Below, in pieces: positions 9,751-21,626 of a stretch of DNA of 32,000 bases. Made by a program: the position numbers and the translations under genes. Each line of letters starts with the position of its first letter. Within the stretch, counting starts at the first letter, position 1. The notes beneath the pieces are model-generated. The model searched no databases, was not told where the DNA came from, and saw only the letters and a program-made list of their open reading frames with translations. The stretch spans positions 2,057,177-2,089,176 of the forward strand of contig NZ_CP054058.1 of the NCBI RefSeq assembly GCF_003935895.2, read 5' to 3'. Source of the DNA: Scandinavium goeteborgense (lineage in GTDB: Bacteria; Pseudomonadota; Gammaproteobacteria; Enterobacterales; Enterobacteriaceae).

Positions 9751-10672
9751 CCAGATACAAGTGCAGTCGCGGGATGATCAGTTCCAGTGACTGCGCTTCA
9801 GGCTTGTAGCGATACTGCACGTTATCTTCATCGTAATTCAGCAACTCGCCAATTTCCGGCACACTGACACCCTGGGTGCCGGAAATCAGCGCAATCATCG
9901 GCCCCGGACAGGCATACTGCACTTGTTTTTGCTGCCCCGCATACCACACGCGGGCAATCGGCTGAACCTTCACCGGACGCTTAATCTTCAGTTTTGCCTT
10001 CTGCGGCAGCGCCGCGATGTCCTGATATTCGCGCTCTAGTTTCGCCTGCCACTGTTCACGCGTGAAAGGCGGCACGGAACGCGGCGATCGCAGGCTATTT
10101 TCCAGCTGTTTTAGCACCTCGTCGCGGGTCAGATTCTTGATGATATGCTTATTGGCCCAACCAAAGCGGATGGTGGCTGGGTCGGGCAACAGCGTCAGGG
10201 AACGGTAGGCTTTGAGGGTAATCAGCCCAGGTAAATGGTGATGAACCCACTCAAAACGGGCCGCAGAGGGTAAACCGGACTCAACGGTGACAATGGTCTC
10301 GAATGCCGCTTTTAGCGCGTTAATGGTGCTGATTTTGTCGTCCAGCGCCTGCAGCTGCTCCGGCTGCGGGTGCAGACAAATCACGCCGGGCAGACGCACC
10401 GCCGCTTTACTGCTGCGGTTCTCAGACTGTTGTTGAATAAACAGGTGGCTAAAGTGGTTTAGCGCTTTCAGCCGCGCCGCATCGCCCAGATGCTGCACCA
10501 CCGAAATGGCAGACAGCGGGTCGTGTTCATGCTCCTTGCTCACTTCCGGTAATTCGAATACCCGCGCGGCAAGCAGGCGACAGTCCGCCAGCATTGGCTG
10601 TAGTTCGAGCAGCTCGTGTTCCATCTGGCGGAAGGTCGCGGTTAAACGCTCAATCAGGTCATAATTAGCCAT
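9740..10672 (-). CDS. tus: DNA replication terminus site-binding protein Tus
   Basis: From [21 protein letters not shown]... the 310 aa are collinear with E. coli Tus (309 aa). The ATG at 10672 was chosen by homology. The track start at 10774 would run through TerB and into rstB. Confidence 0.92.
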   Translation of the reverse strand: MANYDLIERLTATFRQMEHELLELQPMLADCRLLAARVFELPEVSKEHEHDPLSAISVVQHLGDAARLKALNHFSHLFIQQQSENRSSKAAVRLPGVICLHPQPEQLQALDDKISTINALKAAFETIVTVESGLPSAARFEWVHHHLPGLITLKAYRSLTLLPDPATIRFGWANKHIIKNLTRDEVLKQLENSLRSPRSVPPFTREQWQAKLEREYQDIAALPQKAKLKIKRPVKVQPIARVWYAGQQKQVQYACPGPMIALISGTQGVSVPEIGELLNYDEDNVQYRYKPEAQSLELIIPRLHLYLAND

Positions 10673-10679
10673 AGCACCC

Positions 10680-10702
10680 ACTTTAGTTACAACATACTCA
10701 TT
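10680..10702 (-). other. terB: Replication terminator site TerB (Tus binding site)
   Basis: The minus strand reads AATGAGTATGTTGTAACTAAAGT, a 22/23 match to E. coli TerB (AATAAGTATGTTGTAACTAAAGT as I recall it). The GTTGTAAC core and G6/C6 are intact. It starts 8 nt upstream of the tus ATG, as in E. coli. Confidence 0.9.
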
Positions 10703-10745
10703 GGTTTTTACTCTAACCCGGGTGGCGGCATTGTGCAATGTTCGG

Positions 10746-12047
10746 TCAGGCAGGGGCGTTAAGGTTCTGCGCAACGTTCACCGGCCAGCTGAAACAGAAA
10801 CGCGCCCCGCCGAGCGGGCTGGCGTCGCAGGTCACTTCCCCGGACATCGCATGGCCAATGGAATGCACGATAGCCAGGCCCAGACCACAGCCGCCGGTGG
10901 CGCGGTCGCGACTCGGGTCGAGGCGCACAAACGGCTCGAACACGCGCTCGCGTTCGACAGGCGCAATGCCCGGGCCATCGTCATCAACCAGCAACGTTGC
11001 GCGCCCGGCGTTCAGCGTCAGGCTGACCTGAATCTGCTGGTGGCTGTAGCGCATCGCATTGTTCACGAGGTTATCCAGCACGCGTTCCATCAGACGCATA
11101 TCCAGCGCACCATAGTGACCCGGCGTCAGTTGCACCAGCGACACATCACGTTGAGGATTTACGGTCTGAATATCGTCGACATGGGCGCTGATCCACGCGG
11201 GGAGGTCGGGCGTGGTAAGGATCAATTCGTTCTGCGGGCGGTCAAGGCGGGCGTAGGTCAGCAGCTCGTCGATAAGTCCTTCGAGTTGGCCGATATCCCG
11301 GTTCAGCGCCTGAGATTCCGCTTCGGTTAAGTTCTCGCTCATCTCGAGGCGGTAGCGCAGACGCACCAGTGGGGTACGCAGTTCGTGGGCGATGCCGTCG
11401 GTCAGCTGCTTTTTACTGGCGATCAGCGTATTGATGTTGTCCGCCATCTGGTTGAATACCACCCCAAGCCGTTCAAAGCTCGACATACTGTCAAAATGAA
11501 TACGCTCGGTAAGGTGTCCTTCCCCAAAGCGCTGGGCCGCGGTTTCCAGACGGAGCATGTCCTGCCAGTGCGGCCGCATCCAGATAAACACCGGGAAGGC
11601 CAGCGAGATAGCGATGAACGCCAACAGGGCGACGTCCAGCAATCGCATTTCATGCAGGTAATAGAGATACGGCACCGGGCCGACGGCCAGAACGTAATGG
11701 CTGCGCGGAATGCGTTGAATAAAGGTGTACTGATCGTCGAGCGCGACAATATCGCCGCGGCGTAAATGCTCCATCGAGCTTTCCGCGAGCTGGAATTTAT
11801 TCAGCGGCTCAATGCGTAAATCGAAAGAGAGATTGAGGTCGAGCTCTTTAAGGGTTTTACTCCAGTCCCGGGGCGGGATTTCACGCAGTTCGCTGCGCAT
11901 CAGGTACAGCGAACTTTTCATCAGGTCGTCGAGGGACTGTCGGCCCGCGCGTTCGGCGGTGAATTTGTACACCAGGCCGACCAGCATGGTCATCACCAGA
12001 AAGCAGACAAACAGCAGCAGGTAAAACTGCACGAACAACTTTTTCAT
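10746..12047 (-). CDS. rstB: Sensor histidine kinase RstB
   Basis: 433 aa, [19 protein letters not shown]..., with an H-box (IAHELRTPL) and G-boxes ([16 protein letters not shown]), collinear with E. coli RstB. Confidence 0.93.
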   Translation of the reverse strand: MKKLFVQFYLLLFVCFLVMTMLVGLVYKFTAERAGRQSLDDLMKSSLYLMRSELREIPPRDWSKTLKELDLNLSFDLRIEPLNKFQLAESSMEHLRRGDIVALDDQYTFIQRIPRSHYVLAVGPVPYLYYLHEMRLLDVALLAFIAISLAFPVFIWMRPHWQDMLRLETAAQRFGEGHLTERIHFDSMSSFERLGVVFNQMADNINTLIASKKQLTDGIAHELRTPLVRLRYRLEMSENLTEAESQALNRDIGQLEGLIDELLTYARLDRPQNELILTTPDLPAWISAHVDDIQTVNPQRDVSLVQLTPGHYGALDMRLMERVLDNLVNNAMRYSHQQIQVSLTLNAGRATLLVDDDGPGIAPVERERVFEPFVRLDPSRDRATGGCGLGLAIVHSIGHAMSGEVTCDASPLGGARFCFSWPVNVAQNLNAPA

Positions 12048-12071
12048 TTCTGGCCCCGGAAGTACGGAAAA

Positions 12072-12791
12072 TTAGTTATCCCAGGCGTGGGGCGCGAACA
12101 GATAGCCCTTATTACGCACGGTTTTAATACGGTACGGCTCGGTGGCGCTGTCGAGCAGCTTTTTACGCAGGCGAGAAATCGCCACGTCCACGCTGCGGTC
12201 CATCCCGTCATAGGTCACGCCGCGCAGGTTTTTGAGCAGCGCGTCGCGGTCCATAATTTGCCCGGCGTGGGTCGCGAGTTCCCACAGCAGGTCAAAATCG
12301 GCGGTCGACAGGGTGACATTCACGCCGCTGAGCAATACCTGACGATTGACCGGGTCGATAGACAGCGTGCCAAAGCGAATCGCTTTATGCTGCGTCAGGC
12401 CGGAAGCCGGTTTCTCGCCGGTCGGCTGCGCGACGTGCTGACGTAAATGCAGACGCAGACGCGCCAACAGTACCGCAGGCGGGGTCGTTTTGAGGATATA
12501 GTCGCTGGCGCCCATTTCGAGAGACAGTATATGGTTCATATCGCTGTCGAGTGAGGTCAGCAGGACGATCGGGCCTTGCCACTGCGCGCGTAAATCGCGG
12601 CAAATGGTCATCCCATCTTTGCCGGGCAGCATGATGTCGAGCAGGACCAAATCGGGTTTTTCACGCAGAATCACTTCTTCAGCGCGGTCACCTCGCGGTT
12701 CAACGATAACGTCAATATCATGTTTGCCAAGGTAGGCGGCGATGAGCGATCCGACTTCTGGATCATCTTCCACAAAAACGATCTTATTCAT
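12072..12791 (-). CDS. rstA: OmpR-family response regulator RstA
   Basis: 239 aa with a receiver domain (VLLDIMLPGKDG) plus a winged-helix C-terminus. It lies 24 nt upstream of rstB and is collinear with E. coli RstA. Confidence 0.93.
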   Translation of the reverse strand: MNKIVFVEDDPEVGSLIAAYLGKHDIDVIVEPRGDRAEEVILREKPDLVLLDIMLPGKDGMTICRDLRAQWQGPIVLLTSLDSDMNHILSLEMGASDYILKTTPPAVLLARLRLHLRQHVAQPTGEKPASGLTQHKAIRFGTLSIDPVNRQVLLSGVNVTLSTADFDLLWELATHAGQIMDRDALLKNLRGVTYDGMDRSVDVAISRLRKKLLDSATEPYRIKTVRNKGYLFAPHAWDN

Positions 12792-12846
12792 ATCAACTGT
12801 ACGAGGCGAAAAAAGCTAAAATACACCGCCATTTTGTGGGGTGCTA

Positions 12847-12863
12847 TCAATCTTTCATAAACA
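12847..12863 (-). promoter_or_regulatory. Possible PhoP box upstream of rstA (TGTTTA-tgaaa-GATTGA)
   Basis: Minus-strand direct repeat with 11-nt periodicity. The first half matches the (T/G)GTTTA PhoP half-site perfectly and the second matches 4/6. rstA is PhoP-activated in E. coli. This is motif inspection only. Confidence 0.3.
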
Positions 12864-12916
12864 ATGTAACTTCCGTTATCCTCGACTCATTCATCGGGTG
12901 AATTGTAGGCTGGAAG

Positions 12917-13252
12917 ATGGCTTTATTGATAAAAGCGGCGCTGGGTGCGCTGGTAGTGTTATTGATTGGTGTACTGGCGAAAACGAAAAATTATTATATT
13001 GCCGGGCTTATTCCACTATTTCCGACGTTTGCCCTGATTGCGCATTATATTGTCGCCAGCGAGCGGGGCACTGAGGCGCTGCGCACCACCATCGTATTTG
13101 GTATGTGGTCGATCATTCCCTATTTTCTGTATCTGCTTTCGCTGTGGTATTTCACCGGCTTTCTGCGCCTGCCGTTAGCGCTGGCAGGCGCGGTTGTGTG
13201 CTGGAGTCTGAGTGCGTGGCTGTTAATCGCCCTCTGGAGCCGCGTGCATTAA
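12917..13252 (+). CDS. ydgC: GlpM-family inner membrane protein YdgC
   Basis: 111 aa. KAALGALVVLLIGVLAKTKNYYIAGLIPLFPTFALIAHYIVASERG is near-identical to E. coli YdgC. Confidence 0.9.
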   Translation: MALLIKAALGALVVLLIGVLAKTKNYYIAGLIPLFPTFALIAHYIVASERGTEALRTTIVFGMWSIIPYFLYLLSLWYFTGFLRLPLALAGAVVCWSLSAWLLIALWSRVH

Positions 13253-13971
13253 CGCAGCGGGCGACCACCGTCGACGCCAAATGACCGTCCAGTGACGTAA
13301 CAACTGGCCAACAGGTAATCCACCAGGTCGATAATTTCTTTTTCGCCGGGCGCGACTTTCATCAGTGACTTACTCAGCGCCTGTTGCCGATATTCCGCAT
13401 CATCGCCTTCGTTAAACAGAATCAGCGCCGGGGCGATGGCGTTGACCTTCACTTCCGGCGCCAGCTTGCGGGCGAACGAGCGGGTCATATTATCGAGCGC
13501 GGCTTTACTGGCAGCGTAGGCGATGTGCTTATCGCTGCCTTTCTCCACCACGTAATCCGTAAAATGAATAACATCGCTGGACGCATGACCGTGACCGCGC
13601 AGCAGGGGTTCCAGCGCATGGTTCAGTAAGTAGGGGGCATTAACGTGAATTTGCATCATCTGTTGCATCACGTTGCTCAATGACACGCCGGGCTTTTCGG
13701 GTAGCCAGCTGCTGGCATTGTGAATAACCGCCCGTAGGCTATCGGTATGGGATTTCACGGTCTCAGCGAAAGACAGAATTCCGTCATCGGTAGAGAAATC
13801 GGCGGCAATGCACAGCGCACCGGCGCGTTCCAGCATGCCGATAGCGTCATAGCGCGTGCGGTAGCTGACGATCACGGGTTGATGCAGATTCAGAAAATGA
13901 TGGGCAAGGGCGAGGCCGATACGGCGGCCTCCACCGGTAATCAGGACTGGGCGGGAAGGGCTGTCTCCCAT
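13249..13971 (-). CDS. folM: Dihydromonapterin reductase / alternative dihydrofolate reductase FolM (SDR family)
   Basis: 240 aa. ILITGGGRRIGLALA...HIAYAASKAALDNMTRSFARKLAPEVKVN is collinear with E. coli FolM. Confidence 0.92.
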   Translation of the reverse strand: MGDSPSRPVLITGGGRRIGLALAHHFLNLHQPVIVSYRTRYDAIGMLERAGALCIAADFSTDDGILSFAETVKSHTDSLRAVIHNASSWLPEKPGVSLSNVMQQMMQIHVNAPYLLNHALEPLLRGHGHASSDVIHFTDYVVEKGSDKHIAYAASKAALDNMTRSFARKLAPEVKVNAIAPALILFNEGDDAEYRQQALSKSLMKVAPGEKEIIDLVDYLLASCYVTGRSFGVDGGRPLR

Positions 13972-14006
13972 CGTTCTCTCCTTAGGGTCGCGATGGGGTA
14001 AGCGCG

Positions 14007-15389
14007 TTACCCCACTAATATCCAGGTTGCCGGCACGGCGGCAACCAGTAATAAACCAATTAACGCCATTTCACGACGCTTGAGCGAGTCACTCAATGCA
14101 TGCGTGCGGCGAGCATACATAAACACAAGCAGTCCCGGCGCGTACAGCACAACCGACAGCAGCAGGTGCATCGGTCCTGAAGCGTACAGTAACCATAAGC
14201 CATAAATGCAGGCTCCGATACCCACCGCTTTATGAAGCGGACGCGTGGCCATCTTTAGCAGGAATGCGCCGACGAGGAAATACGGTACCAGAATCATCTC
14301 TGAGGCGATGGTCAGCAGCGTATTGTAGTCAGAGCCAGTGATCCCAATCAGGATCAGACACACCTGCACGCTGATATTAGTCAACCACAGCGAAGAAGAC
14401 GGTGCGTTATTTTTATTCTGACGGGCAAAAATGCGCGGGAATGCTTTGTGCGTCGCCGCCAGATACGGCACTTCGGCCGCCATAATGGTCCAGCTCAGAT
14501 ACGCCCCGCACACGGAAACAATCAGTCCGGCAGCAATCACCACTTCGCCCCAGGAGCCCATCAGGCGCACCATCAGGCCAGCCATCGACGGGTTGCGCAT
14601 CTCTGCGAGCTCTGGACGTGCTACTACGCCCATCGAAAGCAGGGTGACGAGTAAATAAACGCTCAACGCTGAAAGCACCGCCAACAGAGTGGCACGGCCC
14701 ACGTCTTTCTTATTACGTGCGCGGGCAGAAACCACCACCGCACCTTCGACGCCGATAAACACCCACAGGGTAATGAGCATCGTGCCTTTAACCTGTTCCC
14801 ACACCGGCACGCCCAGCGCTACGCCGCTGAAATCAAGGCTGAAGGTGTCGCTGCTGAAGGCCATCGCCGCCAACACGATAAACAGACCGAGCGGCACCAG
14901 CTTCGCAAGCGTAGCCACCAGGTTAATGCTGGCGGCGGTTTGCACGCCGCGCAGGACCAGAAAATGCACCACCCACAGCAGCACCGACGCGCCAATCATC
15001 GCCTGCCAGGTATTGCCGTCGCCAAACAGGCGCAGTTCTGGGGTATCGGTAAAGAAGCTCAGGGCCGAGAAAACGATCACCAGATAGGATACGTTGGCGA
15101 TCACCGCACAAAGCCAGTAACCCCAGGCGGAGCAGAAGCCAATCAGTTCGCCGAAGCCTTCACGGGCGTAGGTGAAAATGCCGCCATCCAGATCCGGACG
15201 AATGCGGGTCAGCAGCAGCATAGCAAAAGCGAGGAACAAGATGCCCACGCCGGTAATGGCCCAACCGATAAGCAGTGCGGAAGGGCTAGCCACTTCGGCC
15301 ATGTTCTGCGGCAAACTGAATACGCCTGCACCCAGCATTGAGCTGAGTACCAGGGCCGTCAGGGCACTAAGGCCGAGTTTCTTTTCCAT
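14007..15389 (-). CDS. ydgI: APC-family putative arginine:ornithine antiporter (YdgI/ArcD-like)
   Basis: 460 aa from MEKKLGLSALTALVLSSMLGAGVFSLPQNMA..., collinear with E. coli YdgI. I preferred the ATG at 15389 (AGGA 5 nt upstream) over the track start at 15395. Confidence 0.9.
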   Translation of the reverse strand: MEKKLGLSALTALVLSSMLGAGVFSLPQNMAEVASPSALLIGWAITGVGILFLAFAMLLLTRIRPDLDGGIFTYAREGFGELIGFCSAWGYWLCAVIANVSYLVIVFSALSFFTDTPELRLFGDGNTWQAMIGASVLLWVVHFLVLRGVQTAASINLVATLAKLVPLGLFIVLAAMAFSSDTFSLDFSGVALGVPVWEQVKGTMLITLWVFIGVEGAVVVSARARNKKDVGRATLLAVLSALSVYLLVTLLSMGVVARPELAEMRNPSMAGLMVRLMGSWGEVVIAAGLIVSVCGAYLSWTIMAAEVPYLAATHKAFPRIFARQNKNNAPSSSLWLTNISVQVCLILIGITGSDYNTLLTIASEMILVPYFLVGAFLLKMATRPLHKAVGIGACIYGLWLLYASGPMHLLLSVVLYAPGLLVFMYARRTHALSDSLKRREMALIGLLLVAAVPATWILVG

Positions 15390-15515
15390 GGGCATCCTGT
15401 CGAAGGAAGAACATAAGCCAGAATATTTATTTGGCTAAATCGCATAAAAATGGATGATTACGCTACGGCGCGCGATTTTACGGAGAGAGTGGGTGGCATG
15501 CAATGGCGTAAGCCA

Positions 15516-15547
15516 GAAAAAAATAAAAAAGGCAGCCGAGGCTGCCT
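15516..15547 (-). terminator. Rho-independent terminator of ydgH
   Basis: On the minus strand: AGGCAGCC-tcg-GCTGCCT followed by TTTTTTATTTTTTT. Confidence 0.9.
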
Positions 15548-15566
15548 GATGCGTCATGAAAAGCAA

Positions 15567-16523
15567 TTACTTATAGAGGTCGGCGCTGATGGTCATGTTG
15601 CCACCACGTTCCTGCCACTGGCGGGTAATGTGGTAGTACTTCGCCCCTTTCTTAGCCGCACGCTTAGCGACCTGATAAGAGATTTCAGTCATGTTGCCGT
15701 AGTTGCCGGTGAACTGAACGTCATCAAACGGCACCATCTGGGCGGCGGTGACTTTGTTCAGCTCTTCAATCTTGGTCCCATCTGGCAGCGTGACACTGTA
15801 ACGCCCACCTTTAGTAGACTGCGTTTCGAAGAACAGACCAACGCCTGCAGCCGACGTCGAGCCCACGGTTGACGAAGTCGCCACGCCTGGGATTTCAACT
15901 TTCTTCGCCGCTTCACCACCTTCCGCTAACGCAGCACGTCCTGCTTCAGAATTTGCCGGGATGGCATCCGGGCTCTGAACCACACGTTTCTTGGCATCGG
16001 CTTTATAGATATAAGCGGTGACACGCTGGTTACCGCCGCCGTTGGCATCCACCTGACGAACGATAAAGAACGACGCAGCGCCTTTCTCTTTCGCGGCTTT
16101 CGCAATAGCAGAGTTAACGTCAGGCTGGCTACGGTAAAAACCCTGCACGGTGACGGTGTCGAATGGCTCAATCAGCGCAGCCTGGTCTTTCGGCAGTTCA
16201 GTCACGCCACCAATTACGCGGTTTTTAGGTGCGTCGGCTTTAGCGGCATCGTCTTTATATAAGTCTGCGGTAACGCGCCAGTTGCCACTGCTGGAGAAAT
16301 CGGAGGTATCGACGACGTAGAAAGAGGCTGCGCCTGCTTTGTCGGCTTTACGGGAAACAGCATCAACGGCGTCACCAATAGCATTAAAACGACCGGTGAT
16401 AACGATACGATCGTACGGCTTGAGGGCTGCCGCTTGCTCCGGCGTTAACTCGGTAGCTGCACTGGCGGAAAAAGCCGCTGCAGACAGGAGAGCGGACGCC
16501 AGGAGGGTGTACTTAAGCTTCAT
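15567..16523 (-). CDS. ydgH: Periplasmic YdgH (three tandem DUF1471 / YdgH-BhsA-McbA domains)
   Basis: 318 aa with a signal peptide (MKLKYTLLASALLSAAAFSASA). Three internal repeats each end in ..DLYK/YIYK. Collinear with E. coli YdgH. Confidence 0.9.
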   Translation of the reverse strand: MKLKYTLLASALLSAAAFSASAATELTPEQAAALKPYDRIVITGRFNAIGDAVDAVSRKADKAGAASFYVVDTSDFSSSGNWRVTADLYKDDAAKADAPKNRVIGGVTELPKDQAALIEPFDTVTVQGFYRSQPDVNSAIAKAAKEKGAASFFIVRQVDANGGGNQRVTAYIYKADAKKRVVQSPDAIPANSEAGRAALAEGGEAAKKVEIPGVATSSTVGSTSAAGVGLFFETQSTKGGRYSVTLPDGTKIEELNKVTAAQMVPFDDVQFTGNYGNMTEISYQVAKRAAKKGAKYYHITRQWQERGGNMTISADLYK

Positions 16524-17004
16524 AAAAATAATCCTTCGCCTTGCGCAAACCAGGTACTGGTAGTTGTTAGTGACTAAAACGTCACAGATTATTGCATTTA
16601 AATTGCTTCACTGTCTGCGTGATTTTGCTCATCTTGTGCGACCCCGATAACAGGGCGCGATAACTTTTAACGATATGTTGTGGAAATGGGCAGTTGACCA
16701 GCAAAAGCGATAATCATTATGACTTTTATAAGTTAATGTGATGTTAATTTCCGGTAACAGCACCGAGAATAATCATGTTTTACCGCTTCGCTTAAGCGAA
16801 TTATCAGGCTTGCCAGACAAAATCAGGTAAATATTACTGCCTGAGACCTGCATAAGTGACTTTTCCCTAATAAAATCACAATTACTGTTTCATCGCGGTA
16901 GATCACAACCGCTATTTTCAGTAGCTTATAGAAAGTTTGTTACTGTTTTTTTTCCGGGTGCTCGCCTCTTAGCCAGTCCATACTGCAGGGACGGAACCCG
17001 ATAA

Positions 17005-18573
<1,569 letters not shown>

Positions 18574-18580
18574 GGGGTAG

Positions 18581-19972
<1,392 letters not shown>

Positions 19973-19995
19973 TTCGCTGATATAAATCTGTGTTT

Positions 19996-20033
19996 AAAGC
20001 CGTCTTCCGGTAAAAGGAAGGCGGCTTTTTTGT
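19996..20033 (+). terminator. Rho-independent terminator of pntAB
   Basis: GCCGTCTTCC-ggtaaaa-GGAAGGCGGC (one G-U pair) followed by TTTTTTGTT. Confidence 0.85.
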
Positions 20034-20081
20034 TATGATGGTGGTCACATTTTGAATCAGCAGCAGTGAAGGGAGAACAGC

Positions 20082-20720
20082 GTGTTTGCGGATTTTGGCG
20101 TACTGAATTACTGGACCTACCTGGTCGGCGCGATATTTATCATTCTGGTGCCGGGGCCTAATACCTTTTTTGTGCTCAAAACCGGGGCCGCATACGGCAT
20201 CCGCACCGGCTATCTGGCCGCGCTGGCGGTGTTTATCGGCGATGCGGTGCTGATGTTCCTCTCTTACGCGGGTGTCGCCACGCTGATTAAAACCACGCCG
20301 GTGCTGTTTAACATCGTCCGTTACCTGGGCGCGTTGTATCTGTTGTATCTCGGGCTGAAAATGCTGTGGGCAGTGATCAAGCAAAAGGGCGGCGAACACA
20401 TGCACACCGCTGAACAGCGCAGCACGATTTTCAAACGCGCGTTAACGCTGAGCCTGACCAACCCGAAGGCGATTCTGTTCTACGTCTCGTTCTTCGTGCA
20501 GTTTATCGACGTGCACTCCACCACGCCGGGTCTGGCATTCCTGATCCTTGGCGTCACGCTGGAAATCGTCAGCTTTACCTATCTCAGTTTCCTGATCGTC
20601 TCCGGTTCGCTGGTGACTCGATTCGTCGGCAGCCGTAAAAAGTTGGTGAAACTTGGCAACAGCCTGATTGGCCTGGTGTTCGTTGGGTTTGCTGCGCGAC
20701 TGGCATCGTTACAGTCTTAG
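20082..20720 (+). CDS. leuE: LysE/RhtB-family leucine efflux protein LeuE (YeaS)
   Basis: 212 aa with a GTG start. [33 protein letters not shown]...[21 protein letters not shown] is collinear with E. coli LeuE as I recall it. GGGAGAA Shine-Dalgarno upstream. Confidence 0.9.
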   Translation: MFADFGVLNYWTYLVGAIFIILVPGPNTFFVLKTGAAYGIRTGYLAALAVFIGDAVLMFLSYAGVATLIKTTPVLFNIVRYLGALYLLYLGLKMLWAVIKQKGGEHMHTAEQRSTIFKRALTLSLTNPKAILFYVSFFVQFIDVHSTTPGLAFLILGVTLEIVSFTYLSFLIVSGSLVTRFVGSRKKLVKLGNSLIGLVFVGFAARLASLQS

Positions 20721-20745
20721 TATTTCCGTCAATATGACCGCATTC

Positions 20746-20775
20746 AAACCACGTTCTCGGACGTGGTTTTTTATT
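20746..20775 (+). terminator. Rho-independent terminator of leuE
   Basis: AAACCACGT-tctcgg-ACGTGGTTT followed by TTTATTT. Confidence 0.85.
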
Positions 20776-20907
20776 TCCAGGGCTCATCAATAAGCATGGA
20801 ATACGTTTGGCGGCAGAGGTAACAGCGTGCTTTAGAACCTCATTTCTGTGGGGTTTTTGCTTTTTGTGGGTGGGTTGGTTAGCATTCCTCTTCAAAAGGG
20901 GAAAATT

Positions 20908-21147
20908 ATGAAAAAAGCAATCTTAGCCATATCCGTCATTCTTATCGCTGGATGTACATCAAAGTCGGAACAAAACCCAGCACCGGGTCTCTCAAATCCT
21001 GCATCTATTTACTGCATCAAACAGGGCGGCAAACTGAGTATTGTTAACTCTGGCAACGGTGAGGTTGGATACTGCAATCTGCCCAATAAACAGCGGGTAG
21101 AGGAGTGGGAGCTTTATCGCAGCAACGGTGGGAAAAAACCTGAGTAG
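20908..21147 (+). CDS. yoaF: DUF333-family lipoprotein (YoaF-like)
   Basis: 79 aa from MKKAILAISVILIAGC (lipobox IAGC). It carries the DUF333 hallmark NPASIYCIKQGG...GYCNLP...EEWELYR. The track start at 20848 adds 20 non-signal-like codons. Confidence 0.8.
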   Translation: MKKAILAISVILIAGCTSKSEQNPAPGLSNPASIYCIKQGGKLSIVNSGNGEVGYCNLPNKQRVEEWELYRSNGGKKPE

Positions 21148-21166
21148 TGATCAAATTATTCTCTTT

Positions 21167-21193
21167 AAGGGCTCGCTTAGGCGAGCCTTTATT
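21167..21193 (+). terminator. Rho-independent terminator of yoaF
   Basis: AAGGGCTCGC-ttag-GCGAGCCTTT followed by ATT. Confidence 0.8.
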
Positions 21194-21325
21194 GTAATGA
21201 AGCGCGTTTTGCTTGTTTCGTTTCCTTCTACCACCAATAACCCTGCACTTTAGGAGGAAACTTGTGGGCGAGCGACCCCCAAAAGTCCAAAAATAAATAA
21301 TAAGAAGATTGAATTTGGTGAGTGT

Positions 21326-21493
21326 ATGAACTGGTTGTATTACCTCGGGCATTGGTGGCGGGTTGTGAAGTTTGAAGAGAACAGCGTATTCATTCTTTTT
21401 CCAGAGTACGGCGCGTCCTCTCTGATGGTTTCAGAGTTGACGCTGCGCAATATGATGAAATCTTACTGGGGGTTTAAATCTTCGCTTGTATAA
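21326..21493 (+). CDS. Candidate unannotated 55-aa Trp-rich small protein
   Basis: ATG..TAA ORF below the track's size cut-off: MNWLYYLGHWWRVVKFEENSVFILFPEYGASSLMVSELTLRNMMKSYWGFKSSLV. GGTGAG lies 3 nt upstream, which is short spacing. I recognise no homologue, and it lies in otherwise empty DNA between yoaF and ogl. Confidence 0.3.
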   Translation: MNWLYYLGHWWRVVKFEENSVFILFPEYGASSLMVSELTLRNMMKSYWGFKSSLV

Positions 21494-21593
21494 GATCGGA
21501 AAAGCCTATTTCACGCACTCCACTCATTGACGCTATCACGATAACAGTGTGGGCGTGATAGCAGTTCCTCCCTGAAGCATTCAATAAGAAACA

Positions 21594-21613
21594 GAGGGCA
21601 ATGAATTGCCCTC
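21594..21613 (-). terminator. Terminator hairpin downstream of ogl
   Basis: On the minus strand: GAGGGCAA-ttca-TTGCCCTC followed by tgtttcttatt, 14 nt after the ogl stop. Confidence 0.7.
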
Positions 21614-21626
21614 AAAGAGCTAAAAA

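Noticed and set aside
10701-11330. 209-aa plus-strand ORF antisense to rstB, and the 10738-11031 ORF
   Set aside because: Shadow ORFs. rstB homology is continuous on the other strand.
16570-16585. GTGAC-N6-GTCAC palindrome considered as a CRP site
   Set aside because: The register is wrong. Aligning GTGA/TCAC with the CRP half-sites gives 8-nt rather than 6-nt spacing. I kept it only as an unexplained palindrome.
21044-21352. 102-aa minus-strand ORF overlapping the yoaF 3' end
   Set aside because: It is antisense to the DUF333 lipoprotein gene and its terminator, with no SD.
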